This document shows positions 1 to 11,165 of a stretch of 64,000 bases of DNA, in pieces. The DNA comes from Chrysemys picta bellii (lineage: Eukaryota). Position numbers and translations under genes: made by a program. The stretch covers positions 34,658,001-34,722,000 of the forward strand of contig NC_088794.1 of assembly GCF_011386835.1 (NCBI RefSeq). The letters run 5' to 3'. The stretch's first letter is position 1, and each line of letters opens with the position of its first letter. Under the pieces are notes generated by a model. The model saw only the letters and a program-made list of their open reading frames with translations. It was not told the origin of the DNA and made no database searches.

Positions 1-659
1 GGGGTTGGGAGGTCAGGGCCTGGAGCTCCGACACCCTCCTAGCCGACGTGATCACCACCAGAAAGCTACTTTCCATGAGAGGTGGGACCAGGATCATGTA
101 GCAAGCAGCTCAAATGGAGGTCCTATTAGCTTGGCCAGCACCAAGTTCAGGTCCCACTGAGGGACCGGGGGTCTAACATAAGGAAAGAGGTGATCCAAGC
201 CCTTAAGGAATCAACTAGTCATGGCATGGGAGAATATCATGTGGCTCTTACTGGCTGGTGAAAAGCTGATATGGCTGCCAGATGCACCTTTGCGGACGAG
301 GGGGCTAGGCCGTGGGCCCTGAGATGAAGGAAGTAGTCCAGTATGAGCTCGATCAGGGCAGCTACTGGCGAGATGCCCCGATCAGCAGCCCACCAGAAAA
401 ACCAAGAGCATTTTGCCAGGTAGGCCTGACGTGTGGCGGGCCTCCTGCTTTGCAGGAGGATGCGCTGGACTCCCTCCGAGCAAGTCCTCTCCTCCCGGCC
501 TAACCATTGAGCAGCCATGCCGTGAGGTGGAGGGTGGCTAGGTTGGGGTGGAGGAGGCGATCTTGGTCCTGGGAGAGAAGGTCCGGGCAGATTGGCAATG
601 GCCACGGTGGGGCGATTGCCAGGCTCTTGAGAGTCCCATATCAGTGCTGTCCGGGCCAC
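1..659 (-). pseudogene. DIRS tyrosine recombinase, N-terminal SAM-like region to first catalytic Arg (frameshifted)
   Basis: ORF 237..659 (SRRPATRQAYLAKCSWF...KVHLAAISAFH) followed by the ITSARRVSELQAL box in another frame. Confidence 0.85.
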
Positions 660-862
660 ACTAGGGCAATCAGAAGAATGCGAGTCCTGTCCTTCTTTAT
701 CTTTTCCAAGACCTTGCCGATCAGCGGAATCAGGGGAAAGGCATAGAAAAGCTGACCCGACCAGGACAGAAGGAATGCGTCAGAAATCGTGCCCATGCCT
801 ACCTGTCCCCTGGAGCAGAAATGGGGACACTGGCGGTTCTGTCTGGTCGTGAAGAGGTCCAC
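641..862 (-). pseudogene. DIRS Dam-like N6-adenine methyltransferase domain remnant
   Basis: DLFTTRQNRQCPHFCSR...DAFLLSW...YAFPLIPLI...ILLIALVWPGQH. Matches the DLF(A)...YAFPP...P.WP pattern of the DIRS MT domain, located between RNase H and YR. Confidence 0.8.
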
Positions 863-880
863 TTGGGGAGTGCCCCATGT

Positions 881-2335
881 TCAGAAAATCCTGTGCACCA
901 CCTCCGGGTGCAGCGACCATTTGTGCTTAGAGGAGAAGTTCCAGCTCAGCTGATCCGCCAAAGAATTTTGGACGCCCAGTAAGTGGTGGGCTTCCAAGTT
1001 GATATCGTGGGCTATACAGAAGTCCCACAGCTTGAAGGTTTCCAGGCAGAGGAGCGGGCCTCTCCTTGCCTGTTGATGTATAACATCGAGGCTGTGTTGT
1101 TTGTGAGGACCCTGACCACTCTCCCTGCTAGGCACAAGCGAAAGACCATGCAGGCTAGATGGACCACCCTGAGCTCCTTGACATTTATATGCAGGGCTAG
1201 TTCCTGCGTGGACCACAGACCTTGGGTCTGGAAGTTTCCCACATGGGCTCCCCATCTCAAGTCAGACGCATCAGACACCAACTCTACAGTTGGGGGCCAG
1301 CCCCTGAACAGGACCCCTTGTAGCATGTTCCCCCGGGTGGACCACCAGCAGAGCGAGGCTAGCACAGGTTCGGGCACAGTGAGGACTTTGTCCATCCTGT
1401 CTCTGCACTGGGAGAATACCGAGGCCAACCAGAGCTGGAGGGGCCGCATCCTGAGTCTGGCATGACAAACCACATACGTGCACGCCAACATATGACCCAG
1501 GAGTTGGAGGCACACTCTGGCGGCTGACACGGGAAACCTCATGATCACCCTGATGAGCTCCCTCAGGGTTTTGAATCTGTCTGGTGGGAGGGAGGCTCTG
1601 GCCGATGTCGCGTCCAGAATCGCGCCAATGAACTCTATGCATTTTACTGGGACCAATGTGGATTTGGTGCTGTTTACCAGCAGCCCCAGTGTGGTGCACG
1701 TGTACAGGAGGAGTGTTACGAGATCCTGTACCTGTGATCTGGAGCTGCCTTTGACCAGCCAGTCGTCGAGGTAGGGAAAGATCTGGACCCCTCGACACCT
1801 GGGCCGCTACCACAGACGTATACTTTGTAAAGACTCTGGGTGCTGTCGATAGGACAAAATGGAGGACAGTGAACTGGTAGTGTCCCTGCCCTACCATGAA
1901 GCAGAGGAAACGCCTGTGGCCCTCAAATATATGAATGTGGAAGTACGCATCCTGTAGATTGAGGGAGGCGTACCAGTCTTCCAGGGAGGGGACGATGGAG
2001 CTCAGAGAGACCATGCGAAACTTGAGCTTCACCATGTACTGGTTCAGGCCTCGCAGGTCCAGGATGAGTCTGAGCCCCCCTTTTGCCTTCGGGATAAGGA
2101 AATAACAGGAGTAGTACCCCTTGTATCTGAACTCCGCCGGCACCACCTCCACCGCTCCTAAGCAAAGGCACCACCACCTCCTCACCTCTTGCTCGAGTAA
2201 GCTCTTGTGAGAGGGGTCCCTGAAGAGGGACGGGGAGGAAGGGTGGGTGGGAGGGGTACAAAGAAACTGGAGGGTATAGCCCCAGGCGATGGTGTTGAGG
2301 ACCCATCGGTACAAGGTCAGCAATGACCACTCCAT
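881..2335 (-). pseudogene. DIRS reverse transcriptase / RNase H (split across three frames)
   Basis: YFLIPKAKGGLRLILDLRGLN, LNLQDAYFHI, YLDD, SDASDLRWGAH, HINVKELR, NSLADQLS in ORFs 1271..2335, 1012..1656 and 881..1255. Confidence 0.92.
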
Positions 2336-2417
2336 GAGGAAAGTACATAGAAGGTTGGAGAAGGGAAGGTCGGGTGGATCCCTGGTACAAACTGGTAAGT
2401 CATCCCTGGGTGTCCCA

Positions 2418-4700
2418 TCAAAACTGGTGCTTGCCCTTATAGGGCCCAGACTGGGGCGCAGGCCGGGATTGTTGTTGTGGGCACTTTTTATAGTCCCTTG
2501 ATTTTTTTATAAGGGGGGCTTGTATCTGGAATGGGTGGCCTAATTGGGAGCCTGCTGCGGTTTGAATTTGATCCTGGCCGGGGCCGGGACATAGACCAAG
2601 GATCTTTAATGTTGTGTGGGAGTCCTTAAGACCGTGTAACTTCACGTCTGTTTGTTCCACAAACAAGGCCATGCCATCGAATGGGAGATCCTGCAAGGAG
2701 TTCTTTGCCTTGCTGGACAATCCAGAAAACAGGAGCCACAACGCTCTCCTCGTGGACACCGCAGAGGCCATACATCGTGCAACTGTATCCGCAGCGTCCA
2801 AGGCTGCCTGAAGGGCCGCCCTGGCGGCCGCTGTGCCCTCCTCAACCAGAGCCTTAAACTCCTTCTTATCCCACTCCTGGAGGGAGTCCGAAAATTTGGG
2901 AATTGAGCCCCACAAGTTGAAGTCATATCTACCCAACAGGGCTTGGTGGTTCGCCATCCTCAGTTGGAAGCTCAAGGATGAATACATCTTTCTACTGAAT
3001 AAATCTAGTCTCCTCGAGTCCTTATTCTTAGGGGTAGGAGCAGGTTGACCCCGATGCTCCTTATGGTTGACTGCCTTGACCACTAGCAAGTTGGGGGCAG
3101 GGTGGGTATATAGATACTCGTGCCCCTTGGCGGGCACAAAATACTTCCATTCTGCCCTCTTAGAGATGGGGGCAAGGAAGCCAGGGTTTGCTACAGGGCA
3201 TTTAAGATCTTTGGCTGGTGGCGTAGTCGAGAGGACATCGAAGAGGGAGATCGAGGGTTCCTCCACCTCCTCAGCTTGTAGGTTGAGGCTTGATGCCACC
3301 CTTTTCAACAGCTCCTGGTGGGCTTTCGTGTCCTCCTGCGGGACGGGAGGAGGAGGAACCATGATTGCCTCATTGGGGGAGGATGAGGATGGGGGTGCTG
3401 TGTTCTGCGTCCCCACCAGTGCCACAGGTCCCACCACTTGGTCCCCTTCTAAGCGCGGGACTGGGGATGAGCTCTCTGCTGACCCTTTTCTGGGGGGCTG
3501 AGAGAGGGAGGCCGGTCTTTCTGAGGTTCCGGCTATCAAGCGAGCTACCACTGGGGGCTGCGTTGGGGCCCCTGAGGCCTATTGGTACCAAGGCGCTGGC
3601 CAAGGAGCCCGGTGCCACTGCACCTGCTGTGACACCGTCGGCATGGACTGCCCCACCTGACTCGCCTGGCCCACTGTCGAGGGATGGCGTCGCGAACGGT
3701 GCCAAGCACGAGACCGGCGTGGAGGAGTGGGAGTACCATCTATAGCGGCTGCTGATGGGCAGATCTGCGATGGCAGGGTGCCGGTGATCTATGCCTGGGG
3801 CTGCGGGAGCGGTGCCGTGGTGGGGACCTCGAGCGGTACGAACAGCGGGAGCGGTGTCGATGTCTGTAATACGAAGGGCTACGGTAGCTTCTCAGAGACA
3901 ATAACCTCCAGTGCAGTCTGTCCCTGTCCCAGCGGGGCATACTTTCATCGTGAGGTCTATGTTCCCTCGAGGCGGAGCAGTGCCTGGAACCCCTGCCTCT
4001 CAGCACCCAGCCAGACAACCCGGTGGGGGTCAACGGGAACTGGTGCGGGCTGCGTGCAGGACGGTCACTGTGCGGAGAATGGCGTCAGGAACCTTCCCTT
4101 GACCGTGAGTGGTACCGCCCAGGCAGCAACTGCAGGGGTCCGAGCAGTGGCTTGCCTCTGAACCGGGGAGCCGCTGGCACCAGTGCGACTGGTACCAATA
4201 GAGACATAACATCTCGAGCCGCCTGCAGGGCCTCCGGCGTGGAGGGCACCCAAATGTGGCCATTGGCATCCGGGGAGGCTGGCTCAGAGTGGGCCAGGCT
4301 ACTCCACTCGACTTGAGTCAGAGGCTGCGAGGCTGATGGGGATCAAGAGCTGCCCTACGTGGGTCTAGTCTCTCCCCCAGTCTTGCTCCGGTGCCTTGGC
4401 AGAGAAGACCTCTTCTTCACCTTTTTAGAGTGTCCCAAAGACGGCGAGTGGTGGACTGGTGGAGGGCACCGCTGGTTCACTGTGCACGGATGCCGTGGTG
4501 CTGACTCGCAGCGGTGTCGAGGTCAGAGCCGACTCCATCAAAATGGCTCAGAGCCGTATGTCCCACTCCTTCTTGGTCTGAGACTTAAAGGATCTGCAAA
4601 TTTTACAGCGATCGCTGGGTGGATTTCCCCCAGTGTAAAATGTCAGCGGGCGGATCACTCACGGGCATAGGCCATTTGCAAGTGTTGCACGACTTAAAAC
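2418..4700 (-). pseudogene. DIRS ORF1/gag (Cys/His N-terminus, RS/P-rich middle, LAP2alpha-like C-terminal domain)
   Basis: GFKSCNTCKWPMPVSDP near 4640-4700; RS-rich 3740..4033; 377-aa ORF 2418..3551 (QLRMANHQALLGRYDF...LQDLPFDGMALF). Confidence 0.8.
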
Positions 4701-5409
4701 CCGGGGAATGCCCCAACCCGCGCACACTTAACTATTCTAACTAAACTTTTTCTCTTTTCTTTTTCTTTCTTTCTGGTAACTACAGGTACTAACTAACTAC
4801 GAACTAAACAAAGTCCAAAGAGGGAAAACTACAGCAAAGCCGGAGTAGAGCAGTTCTGAAGCACCTTCACTGGCAGCAAGAAGGAACTGAGGGTGGGGGG
4901 AGCGTGCAGCGCCCCTTATACCACGCCATAGTGGCGCCACTCCAGGGGTCGCTAGGGGCACTCCCCTACGGGTACTGCTAAGGGAAAAACTTTCCGGCAC
5001 TGATGCATGTGGCAAGCACGCACACCTATTGTGGAATGCACATGAGCAATTGCTCAAAGAAAAACATTGTTTCCTGAATCGGCAAAATGGCTGTTTTCAG
5101 GGGACAGGGCAAATATATGAAGGAATTTCAATTTTTTTTGCTAGATCACTTTCCCTGAGAAATAAACAAAATAAGAACTTTCAGTTGCACTCTCTCAACA
5201 TTCAAGTGATCATTTTACTTTTCCCTCAAGTTTTAAGTTGAAATTAACCATCAGAGAGAGAAAAAAATAAACACATGTAAAAGCATTCCAAAATGAACCA
5301 TTTAATACTTTAAAAAAAAATCAATCTGAAGCAAATCTCCCAGGTATTTCCTACTTTATAATTAAAATGTTTTAATTAGCAGTCATGACTGTCTTTTTTT
5401 CTTCATTAA

Positions 5410-5702
5410 GGCTATGTCTACACAGCATTTTCGTTGGTAACATTTTTTGTAGGTCAGCAGAGTGAAACAAACATCCCCCTGACCAACAAGACTTACCGAC
5501 GAAAAGTGCCGATGTGGACAATGCTTTGTCAACAGAAGATGCTCTCCCACCAACAAAGCTACTGTCCCTCATTGGGGGTGGTTTTATTTTGTCGGCAGCA
5601 GAGCTCTCTCCTGCTGACAACGTGCGGCTACACTGCTTACCTTACAACAGCACTGTAGCAGCACAGCTAAGCTGCTGTAAGGTGCGCAGTGTAGACATAG
5701 CC
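5410..5702. mobile_element. PIF/Harbinger non-autonomous MITE
   Basis: Perfect 14-bp TIR GGCTATGTCTACAC / GTGTAGACATAGCC; TAA TSD at 5407-5409 and 5703-5705. Confidence 0.9.
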
Positions 5703-6622
5703 TAAGAAAAATTTGAGAAGCCTTGATTTAAAGCAGATTGCTTTTAGCACATCTATACTGTACTATATGTGAAAGTTAATTAGTAGTTGCTTAATTAAAA
5801 AGTTAATTAGTAGTTGTCTGGCAGCTCAAATTGTATGATTTTTTTCCCCATTTCCTTAAAAATTACCTTTGCCCCAATTGTTAAAAATCACTGCTATCTG
5901 ACATCAGTTAGACCACATGACTACCAAGAACACCAGCTATCAACCTATGCAGATATTACTGGTACGTTGGCACCCTTTCCTCCATTTGTTGAGTCATCTG
6001 TTTATATATTTTCTAAATCCTACATTCTAAGTTCTGTGGTGCATGGAATGTCTATTTCTTTGGAAAGTACCTAGTAATATGGAGCCCTATTGCACCACCA
6101 CAATACAGATATTATTATTAAGTTCCACTCAACATATTGCTGTCTCCTGACTCTATGTACTCTTTCCCCTTCCCCTGAAAAACCCTGGAGAATAGATAGG
6201 TCTTATAGTTCTTCCTGAAAGTCAAGAGACACTGACACTGTCAAGTGAAGACGGGAAATATTTCCCAGGTGCCTCTTGTTTAAACCAGGGGTTGTATGCT
6301 TGTAGACCTTAGCTCTAACTGCCACAATGTCACAAGAGAGGACACAAGCCCATTTAGTCAAAAGAAATTCACAAGCTATGTACACTTTTTTTCTGAAGGA
6401 CTATAGGTATCCTGGTAACCACATGCTTACTGATGGAACAAAAATATTACCCAGATAACAATGGTGCAAATCTACAAGTATTGTCATCACTAGGAGAGAG
6501 TCGAATATCCTTTCTTCCATACAAACTTCACTGACAAAAATAGTATGACCTATTGTAATTAGTAAAAAAAAAAAAAAAAAAATTAAGTCTCTTTTGTCAA
6601 GAAAGTTCCTAAACTTATTATT

Positions 6623-6846
6623 CATAGATTCATAGATTCTAGGACTGGAAGGGACCTCGAGAGGTCATCGAGTCCAGTCCCCTGCCCACACGGCAGGACC
6701 AAATACTGTCTAGACCATCCCTGATAGACATTTATCTAACCTACTCTTAAATATCTCCAGAGATGGAGATTCCACAACCTCCCTAGGCAATTTATTCCAG
6801 TGTTTAACCACCCTGACAGTTAGGAACTTTTTCCTAATGTCCAACT
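6623..6846 (-). mobile_element. CR1 LINE 3' fragment
   Basis: Reverse complement ends GATGACCTCTCGAGGTCCCTTCCAGTCCTAGAATCTATGAATCTATG, the CR1 3' hairpin plus octamer tail; homologous to 29680-29899. Confidence 0.9.
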
Positions 6847-7869
6847 TCACACAAGATGTCAATTTTTAAACAGTATTTAGACTGTTCGGATAAGGCTCTA
6901 GGTTAAGAAAGGATTGTGATCATTTTTTTAGTCTTTTCTACCTCTTTCCTTCCCTCGCTTTCCTTTCTAGAGTCTTCTCAATTCATATACCTTTTATCTG
7001 CATCCTCCCCTCCACCCATGCAGGATGACAGAACCTGGTCAGGTCATGAAATCCAGGACTTGTGTGGAAGGAGAGAAGAAAGAGTCTGGGGTCAAGCTGA
7101 CACTGTCAGGAAAGCATCATTATTTGCCCCTTTATAGGAGCTTACTTCCATTATACAGATCACTGCACCTCACCACGGCTATCCTGCAGTCAGGACCAGC
7201 TCAAACTATCAAATCCATTTCTGAATCACCACGCCAGAACACAGCTCTGTGCATCAATGCAAAGCCAGAACTTATTCCACAGGCAATCAAAGTACTCCCA
7301 GCTCCAACCAGCCAGGACAGCAATACCTCCACAAGCCTGGGGTCAGGACTGGGTCAAGACCAAGGTTTTCAACATGAAATATGTATTTCTTCTGGAGACT
7401 AGAAATAGAAGATCAAAGATTTAAATAATTGATGTCAAATAATAAATAATAAATCTTATCTTCAAAATTAAACATTCATAATGCATAAGTTACTCTTGTT
7501 ACAAATGTCGACTAAATAGAAGAAAAGAAGCAGAGTCAAAGAAATAACATCTGAAATGACTAAAATTTGCTTCCAAGTTTCTTCTGTACCAAGTCTGATT
7601 GTGTAGGAGGGAGATAATTTGAAATGCTTTGTTACTACATGCATTGATACTGCTAACTTAGCAGGTTACACTTTTACCTGAAAGTCATAGCAGCTAGTGC
7701 ATAACTGTAGCTGACTGCCCAGAACGGTCTTTCCATGCAAGACATAAAAAGAGTCCTGACAAATTGTTAAAGACGTTAGATCAACTTGCAATGGTATAAA
7801 TGTTTGTCCTTGTGTTTCAGATTCAAGGAATTACAGTACATTAGGAAGAAGACATGGTCTAGTAGACAG

Positions 7870-8065
7870 CCCCAGAAAGCTCAAGTTCCATTCCCAGAGC
7901 AGACACTGACTGTCAGTGTGGTCTCAGGAATGTCGCATCATCATTCTGCTTCAGTATCTTTATTGGTACAACGAATACAGTAATACTTATCTCACCTCAC
8001 AGGCTTGTTCTCAGAATCAACCAGTTAATGTACTAACCAGCTAGCTGGTCAAGTGCTTTGAAGGT
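7870..8065 (+). repeat. Ancient MIR/CORE-SINE-like remnant
   Basis: CTGCTTCAGT...TAATACTTATCTCACCTCACAGGCTTGTT...AAGTGCTTTG resembles the CORE-SINE consensus; highly diverged. Confidence 0.4.
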
Positions 8066-8944
8066 AAAGTGCTAGTTTAAGAGTAAAATTTGTGAACATG
8101 ATTAAATGACTTTGGACCCTAAGAACCACTTTCAAAGTAACTTAGGCACTTAGGAGTCTAAGTCTTATTGATTTCCAGTGAGACATAAGCAGTTATAAAA
8201 AGTTTAGCCTGATTATATTACGCTGGTATACTAAAAATTTACCCTAATAAAAAGTTATAATTATGAGTTAAATAAAAATTTGTTTCTCTCTAAGCCTAGA
8301 TCAGATCTTAACATACACTGTAAGCAGGTATTATATAAGGAATATCTAGGGTTAGAAACTAAACAAAATTAAGATCCGTTAAATATCTGTGGCATAAATC
8401 CCGTCATAAATAAAAAAAAGCTGGCAGAACTGTGCTATTTTCATCAAATCAGGTTAGTTTTTTGCCTTCAGATTCTTAAAAAAACAAAAATCAATATTTT
8501 TCTTCTCCCTCAAGACATGCAAAGTGGGGTTAAATTTATTAAGGTGCTATTACATCAGGCTCTTGACTTTGTCTCATTGGATTTGAACCCTCACAGGAGA
8601 GAATTTTGGAGGTCTCAATGCAGTGTATATTAGACAGTTTGTGATCACAATTACGCATTAAAAACGGGGTAGAAAAATATTCCAGACTGACCTATTTTAA
8701 AGTTCTGAATTCTTCTGAACTTCTTTTCATTTTTAAAAGCCATTGTACTACTTGTTTCCAAACCTGAGTCAAAGGGCAGTAACATCCTCTAGTGGCTATG
8801 CAGTCATCATCCTTGATAACTCTTCTAGTTACTTTCTGCATTTCAATCTCTGATCTTATGCCATTTTAAAATCTTAGCCAGTTTGCCCTTTGCTATTGTT
8901 ACCAGCTGGGTCTAATGTGATTGAAAATTAGTGCAGGAGTACCA

Positions 8945-11165
8945 GTGTATTAGATACACCTGAGCTTATGCTGACTCAGTAACTCTGCTAAGGGCCCCAC
9001 ACATATTGAACAGAATGGGTGACTGTAGCGAGGCGGTGGGATACCCCACAGCCCCGCGTAGGCACGAGCCTCCCCTAGCACCAACATAGGCGGAGCCAGT
9101 GGGTCCTGCGCCCGCCCCCCAGAGGTCACGGCGCAGGACAGGAAGTAGAAAAGCCACGCTGCAAAGCTCATTTGAAAGCCAGCCGCCGGAGAGGCCAGAT
9201 GCCTGTGGCCTAGCTCCGGGTTGGGGAATGCCGGCAGGCCGCGGCCGACCCGAGGACTGGCCAGGCCAGCCGAGCCTACTCCTCGCCAGCTACCCCGAGG
9301 AGGAGCCGCGCCTACCCCTCGCCAGCTACCCCGAGGAGCAGCCGAGCCTACCCTTCGCTGGTTACCCAGAAGAACCGATGGTGCTGAAAACCACCGAGGA
9401 CACCGGCCAAACCCAGGTACCTTACGAGGGGGAGTCCGGAAGTAGCCCGGGGGCAGCCGACCCTGGCCAGAACCAATGTCAGTGTGTTGTGGTCAGGATC
9501 CCCACTGACACAGCAGCAAGTCTTCTGCCGCTGCTAGGGCCCCGGGCTGGGACGCAGTGGAGCGGGTGGGCCTGCGTCCTCCCTGCCACCCCACTCACGG
9601 GTGGCAGTCTCCTCCTCGCACCAGATGCTCAGAAGCCTGAGCTCCAGACTGTTTGTTTGCTGCCCCGCCCTGACCTAGGGCCAGGGCTCATATTGAACTA
9701 TTGGCTCAGCCCCTGCCTAAGGGCCCGAGCTCCTGACTGTTTGTTTACTGGCCAGCCCTGAACCAGGGCTTGGACCTATAGCGAACTATTGCGAGGCGGT
9801 GGGATACCCCACAGCCCCGTGGAGGGACGAGCCTCGGCCGAGCCCTTCTACAGTGACAAAAACGGATCTCTGTGGTATCTCTCATATGATCTCTTGGGGA
9901 AAAAGACTAATTGTCCCATGGACCTCCCAGAAAAGTCTGGCAGAACTAATGAAGAGCAGCTTTGTTAACTTACAGACCACAGATGTATCAATAAACCTCA
10001 TGATCAACCGCATCAAAGGCATTCAACAGACTTAAACAAGTCAGACAACACCTTTGCCTCATCCACTGTTAAGACAGAAACCAGCACAAGCAATTTAGTT
10101 TCTCCCAAGCCGAGATCTTGGCCCTCACTGACCTGGATTTTAGGAGGCTAAGGAGTCAAAGATATGGCTAGAGTTGACATGCCACATCCCTTCTCAAGAA
10201 GAGATCTGATACAGGTTAACAGTTGACAAGACTGTCAGAGTCAAATGATGGTTTAAGCAAGTGCCACATAAAAGCTACAAAGACGGCAGACATCATGCCT
10301 TCCCACCCTGAACTTCTGAAGACATTTACCCTCTCCACCAATAATGATGTACTTTCATGATGGCTTTCATCAGTCATGTAAGGACATGGGATACAACTCA
10401 CAAAGCCTCTCTTAAGACCCACGAGAATTTCTAAGCAAGACAGTTCGAACACATGGCTAGCTTGCATGGAGAGCTGCAGGCTCTGTTCCATTTCCAGAGT
10501 TGGAGAAGTCAATCCAGATCAAAGCCATTATCTGAAAAGTAGCTTGAAAACAAATGAGAAACTCAACTAATCAACTGAAGGTAGCACTGATTTACAAAGC
10601 TGATAGCCACCTGGAACCTGCAGCTGTGCGAGATACTGTGGGGAAGGCAAAGTAATATTTCTTCTCCTCCCACATAGCCTCAGTGTAAGACTTGAAAAAT
10701 TCTGTGTGATGCAAATATATTCCCTCTGGCACTTCTGTGACCAGCACTCTTGCTATCACCACTCTTGCTTCATCCATCATGAGTCCCTCTGTAAAATATG
10801 ACCTATGGGTGCAAAGCCAGTTGAGAAGTTAGTGGAGGATAAAAGAAGTTGCTATACAATCCTGCCATGCCATCAAAGTGATCTGATTGCTGAATAATCT
10901 TTCCTCAGCACCATCTGGAATCTTAGTTTCCTTCCACCTCTTGAGGGGAGGTCGTTAAAAAAGAGCCAACTTGCCTCTGCAACTATGGTGTGCCCTGTCC
11001 TCAAATTACAGGAAGCAATGGCCCATCTACAACAAGGATGTAACTTTCACTTTCCCCACCTGCAATCTCATTCCAATTACTAGATATCAAGGGTGACCAA
11101 CTGTGTGAGTCAAGTCAAAAGCCGTCCAAGACAATAGCATGGTCAACGTGGCAACAACAAAACCC
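8945..11165 (-). mobile_element. Old L2/CR1-group LINE ORF2 remnant (APE C-terminus plus RT), interrupted by the LTR at 9024-9852
   Basis: Manual minus-strand translation gives LTQVGHP*YLV (PTHxxGHxLDLV), LLKPSFDSDSLVNC*PVS, LLNAFDAVDHEV, and GIPQRSVF|SPILFN rejoined across the LTR. Confidence 0.75.
9024..9852 (+). mobile_element. Solo-LTR-like element with internal terminal direct repeats
   Basis: TGTAG...CTACA termini; perfect 5-bp TSD GTGAC (9019-9023, 9853-9857); GC/CpG-rich. Strand is tentative. Confidence 0.8.

Larger units (their letters stand above)
1..5062 (-). mobile_element. DIRS-type tyrosine-recombinase retrotransposon (decayed; 3' part runs off the window start)
   Basis: Minus-strand order gag - RT/RNase H - Dam-like MT - YR. 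RT motif IFPYLDDWLV (YLDD at 1762-1773). YR motif FLVVITSARRVSELQAL near 10-65. Left terminus TTCTTTGAGCAATTGCTCATGTGCATTCCAC at about 5062. Multiple frameshifts. Confidence 0.93.

Noticed and set aside
641-862. Dam methylase as bacterial contamination or horizontal transfer
   Set aside because: It sits in its normal position within a DIRS element.
312-4670. Many plus-strand and alternate-frame ORFs (e.g. 983..1465, 3365..3745, 3727..4161)
   Set aside because: Antisense shadows of GC-rich DIRS coding sequence; no independent motifs.
8110-8190. Short palindromic repeat-like stretch (similar at about 49100-49190)
   Set aside because: Too degenerate to assign ends or family by eye.
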